Positions 40,141-53,200 of a stretch of DNA of 64,000 nt are shown here, piece by piece. Where the stretch lies: contig OZ234494.1 of the NCBI GenBank assembly GCA_965153455.1, positions 12,524,001-12,588,000 on the forward strand. Direction: 5' to 3'. Under the pieces are notes generated by a model that was not told where the DNA came from, did no database searches, and saw only the letters and a program-made list of their open reading frames with translations. The position numbers and the translations under genes are program-made. Position 1 is the stretch's first letter, and the number at the start of each line of letters is the position of its first letter. The stretch is from Sphagnum compactum. Its lineage: Eukaryota.

Positions 40141-42953
40141 TAACATTACGTCTTCCATTTCATTACTACTATTTTTGATGGTTTTGGTTTTCCTTTTGTG
40201 TGTGTACATTTGCTTCGACATGCCTTGTACTTTTTGTGGATGGATTTCCACCCTTGTTTTTATATATATACAGGGTTTTTTCTCATTGAATCTTACTTGC
40301 AAAAAGACAATATAAATATATAGGTAGGCATAAACATATGTACTACCCTATGAATACATGAACACATGGGAGAAAGGGGCACAACATACATACTATGTAC
40401 ACACACACACCTAAGTTATTAATCTCTATTGGGAAAAAAATTTAGAGATGAGCCAAATTGGTGCATGTGGTGGTGAACCAATTGCATATACATTGTACAT
40501 AGTCTGCTTCTTCTTGTCCTTCTTTCAAAAGGTGATTTTCTTTTATTTAGTATTTAAAAAAAAATCATGATCATGATGAAATCCCTTGGTTGTCTCTTGC
40601 TATAAATATGGTTTCATTTTGGTCAATAATGTTGTGCGGAAAAAATAAAATGCAAGGTGGGTATGCTTTCATTTAGTCAATGTTATGGGGAAAGGAAAAG
40701 AAAAGAAAAAGGGTGGGGGCGGCGGAGGGGAGGGGAGGGGAGGTGTAGGGGGAAGGGGGAGGATGCGTGTATGCATTTCTCAATGGTATTGATGGGAAGA
40801 GGGGAAAAAAGATCAAACCAAATACGAACAAAAAAATTGTTGGGTGGCCCACGCACCAGGTGATATACACACATGGGTTTCACATGGGTACTCACGTGGA
40901 CCAAAGCCCAGTGATTGCTTGCCCTTCCACATAGAACTGGATTTGGGGACCACTTGGGATGGCAACTTGGAGACAAATATATGTGAAATAATTAATCAAT
41001 TTTGAAAATTTTCAACAAATAGATGGTCCTCTGATATAGCCCATTTTGGTACCATGCAACCTCAGAGTAAAAAAAAAAATTAAAAAAAAAAAAGGGTCAG
41101 GTGCAAGTGAGATTCCTTCTGGCCCTCTGCCAGTGAGCTTGACTTGGGTCTGCCATGGTGCTTTAAATTTTATTTTATTTTATCTAAAAAATATAATTTA
41201 GTGTCTAACCTGCCAAGTGATTTTTTTTAAAAACATTAAATTTTTTTTTTGCCTGGGGGTGGGTGTAGGGGGGCACTCTCGTGGTCTTTCCTTTGTCAAA
41301 TTACTTCGTACAGGTAAACACAACCTCCCCTCCTCCCCAAGCGGGGTTTTCAATGGAAGGAAGTAGTAGGTAGGTAGTAACTTTTGTTAAGGAAGAAGGA
41401 TCCCCCCAGTTTAGTGCAAAAACTTTTACGCAACAGGTAAAAAATCAATTGCTACTTAGTTACTGGCTGGCCGTTTCAAAATATCCGGACTTTTCCGGAT
41501 GGCGGAAACCGTCAGGCGTTATTATCGCCCGAGAGAGTGACGCGTGGCGGCAGGAGATGTGTGCGCGATAGACCGGGGATGGGCGAAGACCGGCTCCGGC
41601 GGTTATGTGGCCGCCAGGAGCCACAGCGCGGCGGTCATCCGGTCGGCAGCAGAGAGAAACATCGGGTTCCGGGAGACGGGTCATCCGCTCAGCACACAGC
41701 GAGAGAGAGGGTTCTCGGTGGCGGGTGACCCGGAGTGTGGGTGGTGTAGGCGTGTCATCGCGATGAGGTAGCCAGAGCGCCACATCCGGACCGTCCGTGT
41801 TCAAAGCGACATCACCAGGATAGAGGGTTGGTTTTAAGTGGTTGTCAAGGGCAGGACATTCCGGGCGGAATGGTGGAAGTGTTTGTGGACTGGAATTGGG
41901 AGTATGTGTGGTAGAATTAGCAAGGAAGGAGGGATTGAGTCGACGTTCTGGCAGAATAACGGGCCTGTCTTCACTCTCTTCGTCATTACTTGGCGTTTGT
42001 GGATTTTGGTGTTTCCGCGCTTTCGTATCCGCTGCTGCTACTTCTTCTTGCTCGTTGCTGTGGTAGGGTTTGATGCCGTGCTTCTAAGAACGAGTTCGGC
42101 GTTCTGCGCTTCAGGGGTTCGTCGTCGGAAGTCAAGGACCTTGCTTTGGAACCAATTTCTCGTTGCTGACTGGCTTTCGGTGCTGCCTCTTTGGTGCTTT
42201 TCGCTAGGGGTTTGCGGTCTCTCGAACATAAGTGAGAGGGGGAGGAGCAGGAGCAGGCAGAGGAGGACTAGGAAGAGGAGCAAAAGCAGGAGCCAGAGTG
42301 GTTTTCTTCGGTTGTTTTCTTGGCTGGGAGTTATTTGTATAGGCGGTCTTTCTCTGGGAGGGGAGACTGCGTTTTATGTGAGGTTTGGACGAGAGAGAGA
42401 GAGTGACTCCGTGTGTGTGTGAGTGTGTGTTTGTTCAAGCTGTGCTTTTGTGATGGTCTTTTGTTCGGTGGATTTGGTTTTTGCTTGCTGGAAAAGGAGG
42501 AGGAGTTGGTGAGGTGGTCGGAACAGGGGATTTTGGGCTCTTGTTGTGTTGGCGATTTGTGGACTGTTGTCTCTGAGCCCTGCGTTTGTTGGAGTTTAGT
42601 GGGGTTTGGTTTGATCCTCGATGCGTGTGGGACGTTCGACAGATGGCAAGTTCCTGGACATGATGATGAAGGAGCCGATTATGTGTGCCGTTCCGAGTCA
42701 GTGAATACGAGTCCGTGGGGGGGGGGGGACCAAGTGATTGGGTCTCGGTGTGAGGGAATTTGTGATTGCTGCATTGGAATGTGGCATGGCCTCGCAAGAT
42801 GATGCGGACATCCTGCTATCTTGGATTTGCAGCTGGGAGTCATGGTACAGTGCTGGGAGACAGTGGCGACGTTGGGCTCTTGGTACTAGGGTTTGGGGCT
42901 GAAGAAGGGATGAGGAGGAGGACTCTGTGAAAGGGGAAAAGGGGTAAGATCCC

Positions 42954-45900
42954 ATGACATGGAATGGTGCAAATTTCGTGCAGAGTTGTGGACGCAGTAG
43001 TGCAATGAGGCGAGTAAATTGCAGAGTAGAATCTTCAGGCATAACAGGGACAAGAGAGACGGCATCTGGCCCCAATATAACACCTGAAGTTGCAACCCAG
43101 GAACCGTCTCTGGGTGGCCAACCAATTCCTCTTGCAACTCATGAACCGAGCGCAGAAATCAGTGAAGGAATTGGGCAGTCCCAGGTCACATTACGGCAAT
43201 GGTTGAGCAGATTGGGCCGTCCTGTTGACCGTGTGGAAAGTTTGCATATTTTTAAGCAGGTTTTAGAATTCGTCGAGCTCGCGCATGCACAAGGTGTTAT
43301 TTTACGAACTATTCGGCCATCTTGTCTATTGCTATCTCCTTTGAACCGAGTTACATTTATTGATTCCACAAGCAGTCGCTCCAGTTCCGACCACTCGGGG
43401 AATCACTCTTGCAGAAATGAATCCCCTGACTTGGAGGCAAGAGTTACGGATGGAGTTCAGGAAAGGAGCCAAGCACAATCTGTGGTGAATCAGTCTGTTA
43501 CAGCAACTGGTTCCTCGGTGCAGAACACTGGACTCAATTCAACTCAGCAAGTGAACTCTCAGCAAGAGGTACAGAGACTGTGCCTCTGTCAGTTTTTTCT
43601 GCCTGTTTATTGTCATACTTCCAGTTACTTTTGTTCTTTCTAAAGACTAGCAAGTTTTTATGTGTGGATGTGGAATGTAAGGGTTTGAATTGATGAAAGG
43701 CAGTAACTTCTGAGGGTGCTATCATAGTGATGGGCTCTTGTGATGAAGGAGTCAATAATTTTTATTTATACAAATCCCAATGAGGTCAACAAAAGTAATT
43801 TTGTACTGTGAGCCATGTTGTGAACTTTGAGATACTGTTACCAACATGGCAAGTGTGTGAAAAAGACTGTATCGGATGTGTTCTCTAATCAACACTTGTC
43901 CCATTTCCAGAGATGTGTAGTTGCTATTTTGTGTAACAGCTTTTTTAATTTCTGTCTAGTGCAGACTTATCTGTCTGGATTCCAAACCTTGTGCGGTCCA
44001 CTGATGCGTGTGTTTGATAATGTTTGTCTGATTGGTGGCAGGGAGAATGGGATGGCAGCTCAGCTTCAGATTGGTGTGGACCTAATACTACCAGAGGCAG
44101 AATGGGGACTGGAGCACATTCTTCAGAAACGGATTCATCTTCAGCAAAGCGATCAGATGCTGGAGATGACACAGGTGTGAGGTTGGATGAATGTTTTCCC
44201 CAAAGACAAGTGTTACTCATGGAGCAGACTTGGTACACTAGTCCAGAGGAGCTGGAAAACATGAGTACCACGTTTGCCTCAGACATTTATAGCTTAGGGG
44301 TGCTCATTTTTGAGGTACTTAATTGTCTTTTTCTTTATCGTTTCACTAGAGCAAGCTTGTTTGCAATCACAGCTGGTCAAGACCATGGCAAATTGTCCTT
44401 TTTTCTTTCTGTTATTTTTCCTTGTCTGATAATAGAAATGTCTGTAATTGTTCTTCCTCACTAGCTGAAGATGTTGCTGTTGTACCCTGAAATCTGGAGC
44501 TCTGAGCTGTTGTAAAAACAGAGTGCTGAAACTTTACCTGCTGTGGTCAGCCTAGGGGGTTTTTGCTGCATCCTGCTAGTTGTTTACTAGTGCCAAGGTA
44601 AAATAAGGACAGCATGTGTTCCAACCATTCGATGGAGCTTGAACAATTCGATTGACAGGCAATCTTCTGGTGGAAAATCTGTCAGGAATTCAACAAAGGC
44701 TGTCTTTGCCACCCCACTTGTCCCTCAGTACAAGTGTCTATAGTTCGATTTCCCCAATTGTGCCAGCCATTGCGATTGCTTCACCTTTTCTGATTGTTCG
44801 GCTTCCTAGCACGTGGAATTACAGCTTTTTCTGTTTCTATGTGCCCAGTTATTTTGTACTTTTGGTTCGGAGGGGGAGCGAGCAAGAGTTATGGCAGATC
44901 TTCGGCACCGTATCCTTCCACCTCGTCTTTTATCAGAGCGACCAAAAGAAGCTTCTTTCTGCCTTTGGTTACTTCACCCAGATCCAAGCTGCCGACCAAA
45001 GGCCAGGTAGAGTCACATGCCCATGTTCATGCTGCAGTTTACCCTGAAGCATTTTTCTCATTTGCAATCCTAAATCATATCATATTCCAGGGAACCTAAT
45101 ACCTATTGATGGAATGGCAGGGAGTTGCTGCTTTGTGACATGCTATGTGAAGCAGAAGAGGCAATTGAAGCAAGACAAGCTGCAGTGTACTTGGAGGAGA
45201 AAGAAGGGGAGGCAGAGGTTCTATTAGAGTTTTTGTTACACATGGAGAATCAAAAGCAAGCCAGTGTCCACACTTTGACACAACAGATATCTCGCCTGAG
45301 CTCTGACATTGAAGAAATTGAGAAAAGGCAGTCACTGTTGAAGAGGAAACGAAGCTTAGCAACAATGGAGAAGATGGACAAGCCAGGAGGCAGAAATGAG
45401 AGGAGAGGCCTTCTTGGCAAAAGATCACAGCCAGAAGGTAGGGTGGAGGAGAGAGAGAAGGGAATTGTTTGCACAGACAGACGAGAAAGGTGGCCTGATA
45501 AAGTCTCATCATCGTCAAAAAGTACAAGATTTATGAACAACTTCAATCACCTGGAACGAGTCTATTTTGCCATGGACTGGAGGTTTGGCAACCCAGGGAT
45601 GGATGCAACACGAGCTTCATCAAGCAGTATGAGCATAGGTAGTGCATTTGGTGAACAGAAGGAAAGTAGCTCTCAAAAAAGTGGGGGAAATGAAGAGGAT
45701 TGGTTGGGCTGTTTCTTTGACAGTCTGTGCAAGTATGCTCGTTACAGCCGGTTTGAAGTAAAGGCTACATTGCGGCACGGAGACCTTTTGAATACAGCAA
45801 ACATGGTGTGTTCTTTGAGTTTTGATCGTGATGAAGAGTTTTTTGCCACTGCTGGAGTCTGCAAGCGGATCAAAGTATTTGAGTGTGACACAGTGCTGAA

Positions 45901-47478
45901 TGAGCATGTCGACATTCACTACCCAGTTGTTGAGATGGCATGCCGCTCCAAGCTCAGCAGCGTATGTTGGAATGGCTACATCAAGAGTCACCTAGCCTCT
46001 TGTGATTACGAGGGTGTGGTTCAGGTCAGCTTTATCGTATCAGCCACATCCCAGCTGATGATTGAAGTCTCTTGTTTGTTGTCTTGTTTTCTCAGCTTCA
46101 TCATTCTGTCTCTCTGCAGTTATGGGATGCAAGCACAAGCCAAGTGCTGATGGAGTACGAGGAGCATGAGAAGAGGGCCTGGTCAGTGGACTTCTCACGG
46201 GCAGATCCTACCAAACTGGCCAGTGGCAGTGATGATGGCACTGTCAAGCTTTGGAGCATCAATCAGGTTAAGCTTGCTTCTGCACTTTTTTCATCATATT
46301 TTTCCTACATTTTCAACTGACACACTATTTCAAAAGATGTCATTTGCAATGTTTGAAATCCCTGCTGATATGTGCATTCTTTTACTGGAGGGACTGTTGG
46401 AAATTAGAATTGAACTGGATATTCTGCAATTTGTTGGTAGTACAATGTTTCATCATGCATGTTCTGAGTTTGTAACAAAAGAGCTTTGTTTGCATACTTG
46501 CTGCAGGAGAGTAGCATAGGGACCATCAAAACAAAGGCAAATGTCTGCTGTATACAGTTTCCACCAGATTCAGGTCACCTGCTCACTTTTGGGTCAGCAG
46601 ATTACAAAATTTACTGCTATGATCTCCGCACTACCAGGCAGCCATTATGCATCCTGGCTAGCCATAACAAAGCAGTGAGTTATGTCAAGTTTGTGGACCC
46701 AACAACTCTTGTGTCTGCCTCAACGGACAACACACTTAAACTATGGGATCTGAAGCGAGCCAATATGACACCTAATGCCTTAACCACGTGCTCTCTTACC
46801 TACACTGGACATACCAATGAAAAGGTATGGCACAGGTCTCAAATCTTGGTAGGGCACCATCTCATTGGTTCAGGTTTTTTTTGAGGATTACTCTATACGC
46901 ATGAAAAAGTTTAGCAAGCAACTTGTTGCTAATTCTAAATGCAAAATCCTGTTGCTACACTCACTATATGTTTGCTGCTTTTTTTGTTGCAGAATTTCAT
47001 TGGACTATCCATTGCAGATGGGTATATTGCTTGTGGTTCAGAGACAAATGCAGTGAGTTTTGTCCTGTCTTTCTTTTTTCTCTATCCTGATAGTTATGGA
47101 GCTCTTTTCCTTTCTTACGAGCCTGAGCAATAGTCATTGTGATTTTTCTGTGCTGATTCTGTAATGCATCATCCTTGCCCCTTGATGGTGCTACATTAAA
47201 GTTTCCGCTGTTTAAGAATCTCGCTTGCATATTTGTGGATATGTGAGGTGTAACTATAATTTATGTCTCTTCTTATGTGTATGCAGGTTTTTGCTTACCA
47301 TAAGTCACTCCCCATGGAAATGGCATCACATAAATTTGGTTGCACTGATCCAGTAACTGGCCGAGAAATTGAAGAGGATGGTGGGCAGTTTGTTTCAAGT
47401 GTCTGCTGGAGAGGGAAGTCACAAACACTAGTAGCAGCAAATTCTATGGGCAATATCAAGATTCTGGAGATGGTTTAG
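42954..47478 (+). CDS. SPA: SUPPRESSOR OF PHYA-105 (SPA) family protein, ~888 aa. Exons 42954-43568, 44042-44314, 44849-45006, 45121-46024, 46120-46266, 46507-46824, 46993-47052, 47287-47478
   Basis: Kinase-like domain ([61 protein letters not shown]), a coiled coil, and COP1/SPA WD40 repeats ([45 protein letters not shown]...[13 protein letters not shown]). Phase-consistent GT-AG introns sum to 2667 nt. Confidence 0.96.
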
Positions 47479-49655
47479 TGCTTTTTTCCCCCGGGAATCA
47501 AAGTGTTTTCTTGACCTCAATTCTTTCATGTCTCAATAGTCATGAACTATTAATATGCAATGGCTTTTTAGATACACAAACATTATGCTGTCCACTCAAG
47601 GAGTGGATTTCCAGCTTCTGAATCCAAAACTCTTCTTGTAGATTTATTGGTGAAGCTTGAAGCAGCATCCAGCTGTGAAAAGCAAGGAGGTTGTATTTCA
47701 CCCATTCTGTATTTGAGCTTGTGCTTTGTCCTGTCTGGCCTGTGTGGTAGTTATTTCCCACACATTCTGTGCCAAGTGCTTCCGTTTTGTACACTAGCAA
47801 CCGTGTCATTGAAAACTTCATCACCTTTGTTTTCCCAGATCCTGTGCCTTTTAAAACACTGGAAAGAGTATGGTATCATGGTGCATGCCTGTTGGTCCTT
47901 TTGCTAGTCACTCTCAGTCCTTTTTCTTTCATATCTTTTACCAATGGAGGAGGAAGGAAATTTCTGCTAGATGCAAACATTTGATGCAGACAGCAGCCAG
48001 TTGTGGTCTGGTATCAGACTTCCAAATGGCAAGATCAAGAGGTAATGTAATATGTCATAGAATTGTGAAAACAGCCTTGGTTGAAGGTTGATGATGTGAC
48101 AGTAAACAAGAGTAGTTGTAATTGAAGCCAAGAGAGTTTTTGAGTAGTTGCAGTTGCAGCCAGGGAAGAGCAGTTGTTATAGCAGAAAGGCAAGAGTTTT
48201 GTCATGCCCACTGAAGCTACATGAATCTGAGATTTGTTAGGTGAGATTTGAAAGGTAAGTCGAGATATATGTTTGTTTCTGTGCAGGAGCATATTCTCTA
48301 TATCTAAGAGTTGAGCAATGTTTCTGCGCAGAGCATATTCTCTTAGTATGAGAGTAGTGCAAAAACAGATAGAAATCAAGTAGAGAAATTAAATCTTTCC
48401 TTTCCTCCCAGTTGCAGGAGTATGTCTTTATCTTTATTGGAAGCTTCTGAAAATCTTTCCTTACTTCCCATTTGCATAAGTATGTCTTATCTTTACTGGA
48501 AGCTTTCTGGAGAGCATTCCTCGCAGTTGCAGGAGTTTCTTACTCTGTCTGTTCTGGAATAGAAACATGCTGCAGAGTGTAGTGTATTGTGTCTTCCAGT
48601 GATTGCTGGCTTGCAAGCTGCAGATGGGAATCAATAAGAGTTGGGAGTGCTTTCACCAAATGAGGATGCAATCCAATCCCTGTATCCAGTTTCTGATACT
48701 ATTTGAGACAGCAGACAACAGTGGGGCATTCTTTGTATTGAGTTGGTATCCGCGTTTTCTTTAGAATGTGTTTTTTGGCTACCTGTAAGTGTGATGAATG
48801 TTAACAATATCTATCTTAATTTATTTATAAACAGAGTATACATTTTAATAAATGATACATATATAAAGCTTATTTGTAAATGGAGGTTGAGACTTGAAAC
48901 AATGTCTTGAAGGAATCTGAAATGTCTGAGAACCTTATGTACTATAGAGTAGGCCTGCCCCTCCCCCACCATTTCATACCAAGTCTTTCTGAGGTCAGAA
49001 TAGTTCAAGATTTTGACACTACCCATTGTGCAAAAAATGCCCCTTGGTTGCTGCTTGCAAAACAATATTGAAGTGAAAAAGGGTTTGTCAAAATTACAGA
49101 TTTTCCAAGTATCACCAAACCTTTAACCAGCCGAACCTACTTAGCATCCTAGCCTGGATTGGAAAGTTGAAGAATTAAAGGCTTGCATCTTTATACCATT
49201 GTATATCTTTAAGTCTTGTCTTGTCACTGAGTGTGACAACAAACTAAATAAAAGTAAAAGCCAGTGTTGTCCAGTGAACTAGATTTTGGAGAGAACCTCA
49301 AAATTTTGAAGCAATTGCTTGGTTTGAAGTGCATAACAGGACCCAAATACTTAATCCATGGGCTGCAGCATGCTGATAATCTCAAGTATCACGCCACCCA
49401 ACTAGCTTCAGGCCATTAGAGCAAAGCTAAAGGCGGTCACACTAAAGATTTGGAGTACAAAATACCTTAGCATCTGCAGAACTCATTGGACTGTAAGCAT
49501 TTGTACCAAAGTGTTGCCCATGCTTAAATAAAACCAAGGGTGCCAGTTTTAAAGGAAATCTGCATTTTAACTGCCTCAGAGAGAAACTCATTTGAACACT
49601 TCTGTTTACCACATTTTGGGTAGAGCAAATGATTTATGATAGAACTTGCATTTCC

Positions 49656-52600
49656 TTACTCAAGTGGAGAAAGGTCTGCTTTTCCAGGGCCATTGATACA
49701 GCAGCTGAGGTGATAAAAAATGGAACCATGGCTAGGGCAATCAAATGTTGCATTGAATGGATTCCATTTCACCACACACTTCATATGTGGGCAAAATGAA
49801 GAATTTTCACAAGACTGTAAATGAGTTTGCTCTGACCTCAAATATCAATCTCTCCACTTTTTCTTGATCAAAATGCCTTTACTTGAACCCAAAGCTTTCA
49901 GGTCTATTTAGACTGATTGTGAAGGAAAAGTAATATGTGTTAACTCTTTAGCAGATCTTTAGTCCTCCATTACCAAAGAGTGGCAATTCCCTCATATGGT
50001 CGATAACAAGTATCTTCAGGGTATGAGATTGAAAAAACTGACCTGAAAATAGATCAAGGTTTCCATCACCATCTTTATATACAGCAACCTTGCTAAGCCT
50101 CTCTTGTACAACACAGCCACTGAATGGGAGTAGTTCTTTGACATCAACTGGGTCAGTGCCAACAAGAGCTATGAAGTCCTTGACCAAACCCTGCCAGATA
50201 AACATTTTGCAGAGTAATCTATGATGCACAAGTGTTCCATGCAAGCAAGAGCTGCTCCCCAACCCCAGCAATCGAAACCAGTTGAAGAACACGTTGCCAG
50301 CTTTTGAGCTCACAGAGAAAAGGTGAATTCTCCTTAATGAAAGTATAATGGTAGTATAATGATCAATGAAAATAAAAAACCTCTAGAGTGTGCTCAGGTT
50401 CTTCTGCCACACTTGAAAGTGTTGTTCTCGAGATGGGAAGTCTTAGTTGAGGATTGTAAGCCTTAACCCAAGCATTTTTCTTCCCCACAATCATGTCCTT
50501 AATGAAAATCCCAGATATGGCACTTCCAGTCATACCTTGCCCACTGTCACCTCCAAAGTTTGACAACTCTCCAAAGGAGCAAACCCACACTGCAAAATAC
50601 CTTTCCACTTTCCAACACAGAATCTGATGTTTTTACAATCTAATTCTCCAACTCCTGTGATTAAGTCAAAATGAGCTGATTATCTAGCCCAATTGCATCT
50701 AGTGCCTGATGCCACTCTGTATATTCCACATTATCTAAATGGCAGAAAAGCTGGCTAGTCTTCCTTGACTAGCCAGCTTAGATTTTCTGATGGCTCCACC
50801 CTCAATCTTTCCCTTATTGGTTGTAAGTAGTTCATCATCAGATAACGTACAATATATCAGTCCAGGATAACTCCAACACTTCAGTTTCTTTCTAAAATTG
50901 AGAAACCCTGTCAAAGACCACTAAGTATCTATTCTCTCAACATGCGACCAACAATGATCTTCCATTAATTCAGATGCCTTGTCAACGATGAGGTATTCAA
51001 TTGAATTGCAAACCCTGCCTTTCTCAACCCTTCTGTAAATCCTGCTTCTACAGAGAATTGGAATAGCATTTGTGTGCATGTCCTAACCTGGAATCATGAA
51101 CTCAAATTTGTATTGAAAAGTGGCAAGAGAATTTACAATGTGAGAAGAATGGGAGCTGTCTATTCCTGCTGGAGATTCCTCTTTTGGTCAGGGGGAGAAA
51201 GAAATGATTACTGGTAACAATGTATTGGTCAGCTCTGCCAGCTTCAAGGGGTTCAGGACCAATGATGTGCAACATATCTGCTGGCTCAAACAAATGTCAT
51301 ATAATTTCATTGACATCAAAGGCACCAAGACCAGACCTCTCCACTCCTAAGAACTCCCATCTTTCCACATTCACAAAATTGTAAAGCCTCTTGAAACTGA
51401 CTGTTGATCATATATGATTGAACCTGATTCAATCTAAGAAACAGCTTACATTGTTCAATCCATGCTGGGCAGAAATGACAAACCTGGCCGGTCTACCTGC
51501 GAAAAACCTGCCGTGCAGAGGTTCATCTTGCCTTAGCCCATTTCTCTAAATTGCCATATGGATCATGGAAGTTGGTAGGTTTCATGCCTGTGCTTGTGTC
51601 TTCTCCACCCACAATCAAAACATCAAAGTCTTCTTTTTGCTTGATGCACACATAGGGATAGGTGTTGGCTGTGTCCCATCATTGAGCTCTCCTGCTCAAA
51701 CACCCATGTACTTATATATCTTATAAGTTTCAAAAAGCTTCATTTTTGTGGACCATACATGTAAGAATGAACAATGCACCTATTCCTTATTCCCTTTTTT
51801 GTTCTTTGGGGAATGGCTCACTGGAACTTTTACAACTGAAGGGTTCTGTTGAGAACAGCACAGAACTGGCCACTCTAAGACACTGATGCACAAATCAACT
51901 AGAATTTGTGGCCATAAGAAGTTCATTTCCAGTCACTTCAAGTCCCTCCTCTGTCATCACTTTTGTCCACTCACACCTCATCACTTTGGTCTCCTCGTAT
52001 ATTTTCCTCTATTTCTCACAATGGCCTCTGCCAAGCCATTTATATACCTACCCCTCATGCACTTTCAGAGAAGCACATGCATTTTACATTATTCACAATC
52101 TGGAGTATTTTGAGTCCTTGTAAGGTATTCACACAGCAGACTACCTTACAAGGACTCAAAATACTAAAGGTTTAAACGACTTCTAACATGGCTGTTGCAG
52201 ATACAGGTTTTTTGGCTCCAGTATGGATTGCTGCATTTGACACTGAGGAAAAGCTCCAAAGACTGGCAGGTTATCATAGATATTCACAAAACACTGATTC
52301 AGGAGTTCAGGAGTTTGATGCCTGGAACCTGTGTTGTGACTGCAGTTTTCCTGACATCTTCCTGGTTAATTAGGTTAATTGCAGGATGAAGCATTACATA
52401 GCTCACTGATAGTTCACTAGCACAGCCTGTGGCTAGCCTTTCGCTGGACATTGTGAGCTATATGTAGGGCTTGTACCTAAAGACAATCATTCCAAATGGT
52501 CGCAGAGAACACTTGACACTCACCAAAGAGGGTGGAATTCTGCAGCATTTGCAAATTTCACAGCAGTGCCAATTTTTCCATTTGCAGGATCATTGCCCAA

Positions 52601-53200
52601 GTCCACCATTTCCACTTTAATACCGAGGTTTTGGCAAGTATCAAAACTCCTGCAATCAGTTTTACCTTCAGAGACTTGGGCACCAAAAGAAAAGTGCTGT
52701 CAACCCTCAGAGGACACGACTGGTCATGTTTATAACACCCTGCAAAGCAAAAAAACTCTGCCAACTAACAATTGTGGACATGATGAGACCAAACCAACAT
52801 ATTCAAACCACAATTTGAATGCTAGAGAACTCCTGTGTGGTCACCATCACATAGTGGAGGACCCAATTCCACTGGGTTGAACACTGTCGTCTCCACATCT
52901 TTTAGTAGAATTTGAAGGGGCTGTTTAAATATAGAATACCTTTCTCAATTTGTCATGGACTACTTTGTTTTCAGCATGTGGAAACAGGTAGCCATCAACT
53001 CAAGCAAAATTGAACTGAATGGCTTCTTCATTTACAGTCTGCTCAATCCAATCAATGGCCACCTTGTAGCTATCCACCACAATCTGGGCCACTTCAATTC
53101 CATACACATCCTCAACCTCATGGTAGAAATCATCATACCAAGGCATTAGATGCGCTAGGTTCTGCTTGTCTGACCTCCTCCTGACTCCCAACTTCAGTTC
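49656..53200 (-). pseudogene. Pseudogene of a FAD-dependent oxidoreductase with C-terminal Rieske [2Fe-2S] domain (YhfW-like), multi-exon
   Basis: Motifs GGQTSRT-/AHLMPW (frameshifted), AIDWIEQTV, LIVGGED, GDSGQGMTGSAISG and Rieske CPHMKCVVKWNP..TFDCPSHGS.F....CINGP. In-frame stops at 51679-81, 51523-25 and 51493-95. The second Rieske box reads CPSH instead of the usual CPCH. Confidence 0.8.

Noticed and set aside
41460-42800. Several overlapping ORFs up to 194 aa upstream of SPA
   Set aside because: Explained by a GC-rich promoter/5'UTR; low-complexity translations with no domains.
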